Positions 56,796-64,000 of a DNA stretch of 64,000 nucleotides are shown piece after piece. The translations under genes and the position numbers were made by a program. The notes beneath the pieces were generated by a model. That model searched no databases and was not told the origin of the DNA. It saw nothing but the letters and a program-made list of their open reading frames with translations. The stretch comes from an uncultured Chitinophagales bacterium (lineage in GTDB: Bacteria > Bacteroidota > Bacteroidia > Chitinophagales > CAZNGA01), in contig CAZNGA010000001.1 in NCBI GenBank assembly GCA_964572485.1, positions 30,565 to 94,564 of the forward strand. The letters run 5' to 3'. Numbering within the stretch: the first letter of the stretch is position 1; the number at the start of each line of letters is the position of its first letter.

Positions 56796-58622
56796 TTAAT
56801 TAAGTTCCGGCAGTGTATATAGCCTTCCTTCATTTTTCTTTTGGAGGAACTCCATCAGAGGCTCAAAATATTGAAGCATCGCATTTGCGCTCATTTTTTC
56901 CCCTGTAATTTCTTCTAAAAGAACCCTCCAGTCTTTGGTAGCACCGGGTTGCATGATCTTTGTTAGGAATTTTCCAACCTCTTTATTCCCATAATAATTA
57001 GTTGCATGAGGATCTTGTTTTAAGATCTTAGTGGCGATATAGTCATGAAATTGAAAGAGGAGTACATATGAGATCGCATAATCATAATATTGGGCCGCAT
57101 CATTGTTAATATGTGTCTTTGATGCTGCATCACAGAATTCTTCACCACGTTCTTCTTCACAAACAATGCCCTGGTATTGCTTTTTGAGCTCCCACCAACG
57201 CTTATTGAACTGGTCAGGGGGCAGTTCATTCGTATAGAGATCATATTCAAATTCGGTCATCACACCCGCACCCCAGGGAATGAATACAATGTAGTTCAAA
57301 GCTTCCTTTAATAAGGCCTGAATCTCCTGATCTTTTAAGGCAGCGCTATCGATGTCATCTTCCTCAGGAAGAAGATCCAAATGATCGAGAAATGGCTTTT
57401 GCATGGCCGCCAATCCCATCAAACTACCCATTGCCTCATGAAATCCTCTGTTAGCACCACTACGTAGGAGGAGAGGCACTTCCGGATTCGTATAGGAGAT
57501 ATAGTAGTATATATGTCCTAATTCGTGATGAGTGGTCTCATACCATCTTGTGTTGGGGACCACACTCATTAAACACCTTACATCCTCTTGCAGGTTCAGG
57601 TGCCAGGCCGAAGCATGATTGTTCTTCTTGTAGGTCGCACCATCAGGCAGGGGATATAAGTCGGATCTATCATAAAAGCTTTGTGGCAGTTCATCAAATC
57701 CCAAACTAATATAAAAACGCTCTGCCTGCTCCACCATCCAATTACTTGTAAGGTTTTTCAAAACCGACTCAAGGTCAAGGCCTTCAACGGTGACCATTGA
57801 TGCCCAATCCTGACCCCAGCGATTTGGAAGCCAATGAGCGGGAAGCATTTCAGGCACCTCTTCAACATTGAATTTTTTTGCCAATTCATAGCGGGCATAG
57901 GTGTGCAGTTCCCTGTACAATGGCCATATCTCTTTATTCATCTGGCGGGTAATTTCAATCAGCTCCTTTGTACTGATCCCGTAATCTGATACCTGGTAAG
58001 TGAAATAGTCATTGTATCCTAACGCCTGAACGGTCTTATTTCTAAGATCCCTCAAATTCTCAAGGCCGGATTTCAATGACACTCCCACCTCTTTACTGCA
58101 AGCCCATGCTGCTGCTCTTTTTGCAAGATCGTTACTGGTATCAAGTATAGCATCAATTGCATTGGTGGTTAAAGTGTCGCCATTCATGATAAAATTAAAA
58201 CCATATAATTTTTCAGTCTGCTCTGTTTCCGCTTTTATCCTTGATTTAACAATGTCGGGGATCGTTTGAGGATTGTTGGCGGCGGCATACAGGATCGTCT
58301 CAAACTGTTTGAGTTGTAATCCCGTTAACCCCTCTTTATTTTCTAAAAAATATTTGGCCTTTTCAATGTTTTCGGTACTTCCCGTAAATTCGGCATATGC
58401 TTCTTGTGATTTTCTTGTTGCTATTGAATTCGTGGAGTCCCCTTCAATGATCATCGTGTTGGATTTCCATGCTGCTTTTTCGGCAGTATAGATCAGATCT
58501 TTAACCTGCTCTGAATAACTGTCAAGAAATTTCTGGGCCTCTTCGGAAATGGTCTCTTCCTTCTCAGGAGCACATCCCAAGAAAAATGATGTGATCGCCA
58601 AAAAATAGATAATTTTTTTCAT
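56796..58622 (-). CDS. M2-family (angiotensin-converting-enzyme-like) zinc metallopeptidase, lipoprotein
   Basis: Lipobox FFLGC, zinc motif TTHHELGHIYYY (HEXXH), and downstream GANRGFHEAMGSLMGLA, which parallels the ACE GANPGFHEAIGD third-ligand region. Confidence 0.85.
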   Translation of the reverse strand: MKKIIYFLAITSFFLGCAPEKEETISEEAQKFLDSYSEQVKDLIYTAEKAAWKSNTMIIEGDSTNSIATRKSQEAYAEFTGSTENIEKAKYFLENKEGLTGLQLKQFETILYAAANNPQTIPDIVKSRIKAETEQTEKLYGFNFIMNGDTLTTNAIDAILDTSNDLAKRAAAWACSKEVGVSLKSGLENLRDLRNKTVQALGYNDYFTYQVSDYGISTKELIEITRQMNKEIWPLYRELHTYARYELAKKFNVEEVPEMLPAHWLPNRWGQDWASMVTVEGLDLESVLKNLTSNWMVEQAERFYISLGFDELPQSFYDRSDLYPLPDGATYKKNNHASAWHLNLQEDVRCLMSVVPNTRWYETTHHELGHIYYYISYTNPEVPLLLRSGANRGFHEAMGSLMGLAAMQKPFLDHLDLLPEEDDIDSAALKDQEIQALLKEALNYIVFIPWGAGVMTEFEYDLYTNELPPDQFNKRWWELKKQYQGIVCEEERGEEFCDAASKTHINNDAAQYYDYAISYVLLFQFHDYIATKILKQDPHATNYYGNKEVGKFLTKIMQPGATKDWRVLLEEITGEKMSANAMLQYFEPLMEFLQKKNEGRLYTLPELN

Positions 58623-58721
58623 AATAGTAGTTTATTGATATCTGCAAAGATATCTAAATATGAAGAAAATGAAGAGAGATGGCTACAAAAATATATTGGA
58701 AATTGTATTCAGGAGTTCAGC

Positions 58722-59945
58722 TCATTCAAGCGTTTTAAGCAAATCTGTTGCATTGTTCTTATAGGGCCCCGGAGCTGATGATATCTCTCTTAAAAGCAAG
58801 ACGGCGTCTTCTTTCTTGCCTTTTTTCAGGTAGGCCTGGGCTTTTTGCCATTGGGCAGACTTATAATATTTGTTGGAAGTATTGGCAGTTACCTTATTGA
58901 AATATTCAATGGCTTTACCGGGTTTGCCGATGTTCACATAAGATACGCCGCAATGAAATAAAGCGGTGGAATTATTGGGGTCTTTACTCAATAGCTTTTT
59001 GAATGTTTTGATCGATGCATTGTAGTTGCCTGAATTGTATTGTTGCAAACCGATATTTTGTAGGTTTTCCTGAGATGATCTATCACTGCTACCTGAGTTG
59101 CTGGTTTTTCTTGAATAGTAGGATGGTTGACTATCATCCTTTGCTATCTCATCAGCAACTTCTGCATCGGTGTTGGAGGATTCGGGCACGCCTGCAGCTG
59201 AGGTCTTCGGTGCCAATTTTACTCTTTTGATATTTGTGAGCTCATCATTAAAGATGGTCCTTCCCCTCTCGGTAACATATTCACCATCCACTTTTTTATC
59301 AGCATCCTTTACTTCTTCCTTTCTCTCCTCTTTTTCTTTTTTCTTTCTTTCTCCGGCAGCTTCAACAGTTGTCACAGGTGCATACAGATCTTGAGCAACC
59401 TCACTTGAATTTTCAGTATACCCATTTGGTCCTTGCCCTGCCTGAGCAATTTCACTAATTTCATCCTTCACCACATCAGTCTCTTTTAACACAGGAGTCA
59501 TTTTGCTTTGGTCTTCTGATACATCCCTTCCAACCACTTCTTCAATATTCTCTGCAACAACACCTTGGGAAGGATCTTTGAAATCAATATTTATGAGCAG
59601 CACAACGCTGACCAGGATAATAATGGCAACTGATGCAGCCACTAATTGCCTAACACCCACAATAAGGACTTTCTGCTTCTTACTTTTTGTTACTATTTGG
59701 ATTTCCTCATTAATTGAATTTATACTTTCCGTGATGCTGGAGCGGTCATTTGAATTGCTCAAACCCTCTAAGGCTTCTGTACAAAATTCGCAATCGATCA
59801 AATGTTTCTCTACATTCAATTTATCTTTGGCAGAGAGCTTACCATCCAGGTACTTGTTCATTGTACCCAAAGCAAGACAAGCAGTATCAGAGAAGAGATC
59901 TCCTGCTTCTAAATTTTTGCCGCTATGTTTTGAGTTGTCATCCAT
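58722..59945 (-). CDS. Anti-sigma factor: zf-HC2 + TM + acidic linker + TPR
   Basis: EKHLIDCEFCTEALEG (H-x3-C-x2-C), TM helix LVAASVAIIILVSVVLLI, an E/K/D-rich extracytoplasmic linker, and C-terminal TPRs. The start overlaps the sigma gene stop by 8 nt. Confidence 0.75.
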   Translation of the reverse strand: MDDNSKHSGKNLEAGDLFSDTACLALGTMNKYLDGKLSAKDKLNVEKHLIDCEFCTEALEGLSNSNDRSSITESINSINEEIQIVTKSKKQKVLIVGVRQLVAASVAIIILVSVVLLINIDFKDPSQGVVAENIEEVVGRDVSEDQSKMTPVLKETDVVKDEISEIAQAGQGPNGYTENSSEVAQDLYAPVTTVEAAGERKKKEKEERKEEVKDADKKVDGEYVTERGRTIFNDELTNIKRVKLAPKTSAAGVPESSNTDAEVADEIAKDDSQPSYYSRKTSNSGSSDRSSQENLQNIGLQQYNSGNYNASIKTFKKLLSKDPNNSTALFHCGVSYVNIGKPGKAIEYFNKVTANTSNKYYKSAQWQKAQAYLKKGKKEDAVLLLREISSAPGPYKNNATDLLKTLE

Positions 59946-60531
59946 CTTTTTTCAATAAATAGTTTTTCAAATTCCTTTTACCATTTTGTAGATAACTTTT
60001 TACCTGCTTCAGTGAATATCCTGTGATCTCTGTTATTTCCTGATAACATTTTTCCTCCAAATAGAATAATTCTATACACTTCTTCTGTTCATTTTTCAAC
60101 GAAACCATAGCACTTTGCAAGTTGCTTACTAATGATTCTGTGTTTTCTTCATTATTAAGATGCTTAACCAATGGATTTTCCACAAGTTCAGCTTCAATTT
60201 TTCTAAATTCCTCCTCATGTTTCGTTTCAACATTCTCCTTTCTTAGCTTCATGAGGCAATGGTTTTTGGTAACCGTGAAGAGCCATCCTTTAAAGTTCTT
60301 AATGGCATGCTTTTTAAGGGCGGTGATCAGGTATTCAAATATCTCCATCACCATATCCTTACAATCATCTTCATTTTTGAGATATTTCATAGCGACACCA
60401 AATACAAGGTGGGTATACCTTTGGAAAAGCTCACCCACATACGCATTGTCATGAGAGTTGCGGAACTTTAAGACGAGGTCATAGTCTGAAATTTGACCTT
60501 CTTTTTTGCTTTTGTCAAACAGAAATTTCAT
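59938..60531 (-). CDS. ECF-type RNA polymerase sigma-70 factor
   Basis: Start chosen at MKFLFDK. Region 2 (YTHLVFGVAMKYLKNEDDCKDMVMEIF, FKGWLFTVTKN) and region 4 HTH (CYQEITEITGYSLKQVKSYLQNGKRNL). Confidence 0.88.
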   Translation of the reverse strand: MKFLFDKSKKEGQISDYDLVLKFRNSHDNAYVGELFQRYTHLVFGVAMKYLKNEDDCKDMVMEIFEYLITALKKHAIKNFKGWLFTVTKNHCLMKLRKENVETKHEEEFRKIEAELVENPLVKHLNNEENTESLVSNLQSAMVSLKNEQKKCIELFYLEEKCYQEITEITGYSLKQVKSYLQNGKRNLKNYLLKKDG

Positions 60532-60691
60532 ATGGGGGTGTGTACACAAACAAAAATAGAAAATCGCAGAGGTATAAACAAAAATATTTTGATTTATGGA
60601 AAATGAAGAGGTTGTGCATCTAATAGATAAGTGAGACGAAGAAACAAAGTATTAATTCACCTATATCTATTAATAAATAAAATCAAAAATC

Positions 60692-63067
60692 ATGGAAACA
60701 AGAGAAAGATTTAATGAACAACTAAAGATCATTTTGTGGATGACTTTCTTAACGGTGATCTCATCTGTGGCATTTGCTCAGATCAATGAAAGTAGCGGAG
60801 ATAAGACGCTGTCCCCTTACTTTTTTGTAAGAAGTAGTGATCCCGAACTGGATAAGTTGCCACTTAAAAGTACCTCGGCGGATGTAAATATCGCCGGAGT
60901 GATCGCGAATGTACTTATAGAGCAGGTCTATAAAAATGAAGGCAAGAAGGCACTGGAAGCGATATACGTGTTTCCGGCTTCAACAAGGGCTGCAGTGTAC
61001 AGCATGAAAATGACAATTGGTGAACGTACCATTATTGCCAAAATAAAGGGGAAGCAACAGGCACGGCAAGATTATGAGGAAGCCCGTCAAAATGGGCAAA
61101 CTGCCTCATTATTGGAGCAACAAAGGCCAAATGTCTTTCAAATGAATGTAGCTAACATCATGCCTGGAGATATCATTAAAGTGGCCATGGCCTATACTGA
61201 ACTTCTGGTCCCAGATGAAGGGATCTATGAATTCTCATATCCTACGGTTGTAGGCCCACGGTATTCAGAGCAGCCGGCCGCATTAGCTTCGGCAAGTGAA
61301 AAGTGGATCGAGAATCCATACACGCAAGCAGGTGAAAAACCCTTCTATACATTTGATCTAACAGCCAGCATCAAAACAGGGATTCCCATCAAAGATATAA
61401 CCTGTACTTCTCATGATGTAAATGTAAGTTATGATGGCCCTGCATCAGCAATGATCAAATTAAAGGAGACCGAAAAATTTGACGGCAACCGAGACTATAT
61501 ATTAAAGTATCGTCTTCGAGGGCATAAAGTAGAATCGGGGCTGTTGCTATATGAAGGTGAGAAGGAGAATTTTTTCCTACTGATGGTGCAACCTCCCAAA
61601 AGGGTGATACCTGACCAAATTCCACCACGAGAGTATATATTTATTGTTGATGTTTCAGGATCGATGCATGGATTTCCATTGGGAATTTCAAAGGAACTAC
61701 TGCGCGATCTGATCGGCAAGCTGAGACCTACAGACGTTTTTAATGTGATCCTCTTTGCCGGAACAGCAACGCAGATGGCTGAAAAGTCAATACCTGCAAC
61801 AAGCGCAAATATCAGTAAAGCGATAAATGTGATCGACAAACAACGAGGCGGTGGCGGAACACGATTGCTTCCTGCATTGCAGAGAGCATTGAATCTGCCG
61901 GGAATAGAGGATGTCTCTAGAAGCATTGTGATCGCTACTGATGGTTATGTGAGTGTTGAAAAGGAAGCCTTTGACCTGATACGGAAGAATCTGGGAAGAG
62001 CTAATTTCTTTTCATTTGGTATTGGCTCAAGTGTTAACAGGTATATCATTGAAGGGATGGCCCATGTTGGTATGGGAGAACCATTTGTCCTCACCAATGG
62101 TAGTGAAGCCAAAGAAAATGCGGTAAAATTCAGAAAATACATTGAATCCCCTGTGTTGACAAATATAACTCTTGATTTCGGCGGACTTGATGTTTACGAT
62201 GTAGAGCCGTTGAGTATACCTGATGTGTTGGCTGAGCGACCTGTTATTGTATTTGGTAAGTACAATGGAAGTGCTGAAGGAAAGATCACCCTGAAAGGTA
62301 TGACAGGGAGTGATGAGTATTTAAAAACAATAAATGTAGGTTCCGTGAAGCCACAAAAGACAAATGAAGCACTAAGGAACCTGTGGGCCCGGCATCGCAT
62401 CAAAATATTGGATGATTATAACCACCTGAGAGCTGACGCTGAACTTATTGAAGAGATCACCCAGATCGGCTTAGAGTACAATTTGCTCACCGCCTATACC
62501 TCTTTTATCGCCATCGATTCTAAAGTACGAGGTGATGGAAGTGTCACAACTGTTAAGCAACCCTTGCCATTACCACAAGGGGTTTCAAATCATGCCATTG
62601 GAGGAAATGCTTATCCAACACAATCCTATAAGACACCTAACCTGAAAATGATCCAATCAGATCGGAATTCCTATCGCACCCAGTCATCAGGAGCCGGCGG
62701 ATATAATGTGGAGATATTGGAAGATAGCGAAGTTACTAAACAGGCTGCTGAGCCACTTAAGGCCTCAGAGGTAGATGTTGCACCTTCTTTTGTGGGAGGT
62801 ACCCAGAAGATGCAGGAGTTCATCAAAAAGAACCTCAGATATCCTATGGGAGCCAGGTCGAAAGGGATCGAAGGAACAGTTGTTGTGAGCTTTACTGTTG
62901 GGAAAGATGGTAAGATCACAGGGATTAAAGTGATCAGGAAGGTGGGTAAAGAGTTGGATGCTGAAGCTATCAGGATCATCAAACTCATGCCTTCATGGAA
63001 AGCAGGCCTTCATAAAGGACAAAAAGTAGCTGTCCGATATACGATACCAATTCAATTCAAGTTGTAA
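60692..63067 (+). CDS. Secreted VIT domain + VWA domain protein with a C-terminal TonB-C domain
   Basis: Signal peptide ending VAFAQ. VIT-like N-terminal region (LPLKSTSADVNIAGVIANVLIEQVYKNEG), VWA MIDAS motif IVDVSGSMHG, and a last ~95 aa colinear with the C-terminal domain of the TonB gene at 36015-36803. Confidence 0.85.
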   Translation: METRERFNEQLKIILWMTFLTVISSVAFAQINESSGDKTLSPYFFVRSSDPELDKLPLKSTSADVNIAGVIANVLIEQVYKNEGKKALEAIYVFPASTRAAVYSMKMTIGERTIIAKIKGKQQARQDYEEARQNGQTASLLEQQRPNVFQMNVANIMPGDIIKVAMAYTELLVPDEGIYEFSYPTVVGPRYSEQPAALASASEKWIENPYTQAGEKPFYTFDLTASIKTGIPIKDITCTSHDVNVSYDGPASAMIKLKETEKFDGNRDYILKYRLRGHKVESGLLLYEGEKENFFLLMVQPPKRVIPDQIPPREYIFIVDVSGSMHGFPLGISKELLRDLIGKLRPTDVFNVILFAGTATQMAEKSIPATSANISKAINVIDKQRGGGGTRLLPALQRALNLPGIEDVSRSIVIATDGYVSVEKEAFDLIRKNLGRANFFSFGIGSSVNRYIIEGMAHVGMGEPFVLTNGSEAKENAVKFRKYIESPVLTNITLDFGGLDVYDVEPLSIPDVLAERPVIVFGKYNGSAEGKITLKGMTGSDEYLKTINVGSVKPQKTNEALRNLWARHRIKILDDYNHLRADAELIEEITQIGLEYNLLTAYTSFIAIDSKVRGDGSVTTVKQPLPLPQGVSNHAIGGNAYPTQSYKTPNLKMIQSDRNSYRTQSSGAGGYNVEILEDSEVTKQAAEPLKASEVDVAPSFVGGTQKMQEFIKKNLRYPMGARSKGIEGTVVVSFTVGKDGKITGIKVIRKVGKELDAEAIRIIKLMPSWKAGLHKGQKVAVRYTIPIQFKL

Positions 63068-63080
63068 TTGGATCCTAACG

Positions 63081-63117
63081 AGATGGCATCTTATAGTATA
63101 GGGTGCCATCTTTTTTT
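63081..63117 (+). terminator. Hairpin plus T-run between convergent genes
   Basis: AGATGGCA-(15 nt)-TGCCATCT followed by T7. It overlaps the pbpC stop codon. Confidence 0.6.
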
Positions 63118-64000
63118 ATAATCGAACATATTTTACCGTTACCCAGATGTTCGTATTCCTACCTTTATCATCTGTGCAGGAGATCTTATTTCTGCCGGAT
63201 TCAGGCGTAAAGAAAGAGTAAGAGGTGGCTTCCACAGAACTGTGAAATCTATCATTGATATACCAATACACTAATTGCACATCGTTTGCGGCATTGCAAA
63301 CTAGCTTTATTTGTTGGGTATCACTTTTATCGATGAGATATTCAAGATTCGCCACAGGAGAGATGATCTGAGGTTCATTTTCTGAGAATACCCGCTCACA
63401 GTCAGGATTATGCTGAGGAACACGTTCATAGTTGATCCGTTGTTCTTCGTAATAAGCGATAATATCCGGCTTATAATTATCATAATATTTTTTCTTATAA
63501 CCGCCTTCAGGTAAACAAGTAGTACAATAGGAAGTCAGGGAATCGGGGGATACGTATACTTGCTGAAGGTGTGCGCATTCTTTGTTTGGTGAAGTTCCCG
63601 GAATATAGGTGTCGATGATGGGATCGTTACAGAAGTAAGCAGGGATCTCTCCGCTTTCCGGACATACAAATCGAAAATCAACTTCTTCCGGAACATCATA
63701 CCATTCATTGGGAGAATTGTAGTCAACGGTGTTGAATATATTGAATAGAAGGGGGGTAGCTATTTCAGCACCGCTGAGGTTAGGGACTCCCTCTGCTGAG
63801 AAGTTCCCCACCCACACACCAATGGTATAGGTTTTATTATATCCTATAGACCAGGCATCCCTTCTCCCATAGGAGGTGCCCGTTTTCCATGCCACCTTTG
63901 GTAAATGAAAGCTACTTTGCCAAAGGACGGGAAGATCGGGGCGGGTATGCTGGATCAGAATTTCTGTGACCATATAAGCGGCTGCCGGGGACATCAAATT
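63116..64000 (-). CDS. pbpC: Penicillin-binding protein 1C, C-terminal part (gene continues beyond the window)
   Basis: The frame is open to base 64000. KTGTS transpeptidase motif (WKTGTSYGRRDAWSIGY) followed by the Cys-containing PBP1C-specific C-terminal domain. Confidence 0.85.
   Translation of the reverse strand, partial: NLMSPAAAYMVTEILIQHTRPDLPVLWQSSFHLPKVAWKTGTSYGRRDAWSIGYNKTYTIGVWVGNFSAEGVPNLSGAEIATPLLFNIFNTVDYNSPNEWYDVPEEVDFRFVCPESGEIPAYFCNDPIIDTYIPGTSPNKECAHLQQVYVSPDSLTSYCTTCLPEGGYKKKYYDNYKPDIIAYYEEQRINYERVPQHNPDCERVFSENEPQIISPVANLEYLIDKSDTQQIKLVCNAANDVQLVYWYINDRFHSSVEATSYSFFTPESGRNKISCTDDKGRNTNIWVTVKYVRL

Noticed and set aside
60598-60624. GGAAAA-N15-TCTAAT upstream of the VIT-VWA gene, considered as an ECF-type -35/-10 promoter
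   Set aside because: The match to any ECF consensus is too loose, and the cognate consensus for this sigma is unknown. It cannot be supported from sequence alone.
1-64000. Search for tRNA and rRNA genes, IS elements, integrases, prophage or defence-island hallmarks
   Set aside because: None was found by eye. All intergenic regions are short or AT-rich and lack tRNA-like GTTCGAATC arms. No transposase, recombinase or nuclease-type ORFs appear in the track.

Overview
AT-rich window in which start codons usually follow A-rich tracts rather than Shine-Dalgarno sequences. The gene content points to a gliding member of the Bacteroidota: gldE-gldD next to ssb and mutY, a 2410-aa SprA (T9SS translocon), a cargo protein with a T9SS C-terminal sorting domain, a full MoxR/DUF58/BatA-E operon, a type-2 IleRS and a MurF-Alr fusion. 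Most of the window is tightly packed core housekeeping. This includes ileS-dksA-like-lspA, serS, rho, rpmH-rnpA-yidD, tsaB, nadD, rng, recG, pdxH, gcvH and ruvA. I found no tRNA or rRNA genes, CRISPR arrays, transposases, integrases or recognisable defence genes. Three very small basic ribosomal-protein genes fall below the ORF-track cut-off and were read by hand: rpmH, a bTHX-like ORF and a bS22-like ORF. The items most worth a second look are listed here.

1. A 358-aa hyper-basic protein at 26311-27384 has a signal or anchor peptide followed by 13 tandem ~21-aa KR/NPPRY repeats. It is transcribed divergently from an HU gene and the bTHX gene.
2. An ECF sigma / zinc-finger-TPR anti-sigma pair is divergent from a secreted VIT-VWA protein that ends in a TonB C-terminal domain.
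3. A roughly 180-nt structured, promoter-to-terminator stretch lies upstream of a tiny winged-helix ORF and a minimal radical-SAM gene whose cluster motif is CX4CX2C.
4. An ACE-like M2 lipoprotein.
5. An unusually long (about 420 bp) convergent non-coding gap contains direct repeats and DnaA-box-like words.

None of these can be shown to be a new system from sequence alone. All functional assignments rest on motifs visible in the translations plus family knowledge from memory. No database search was run.
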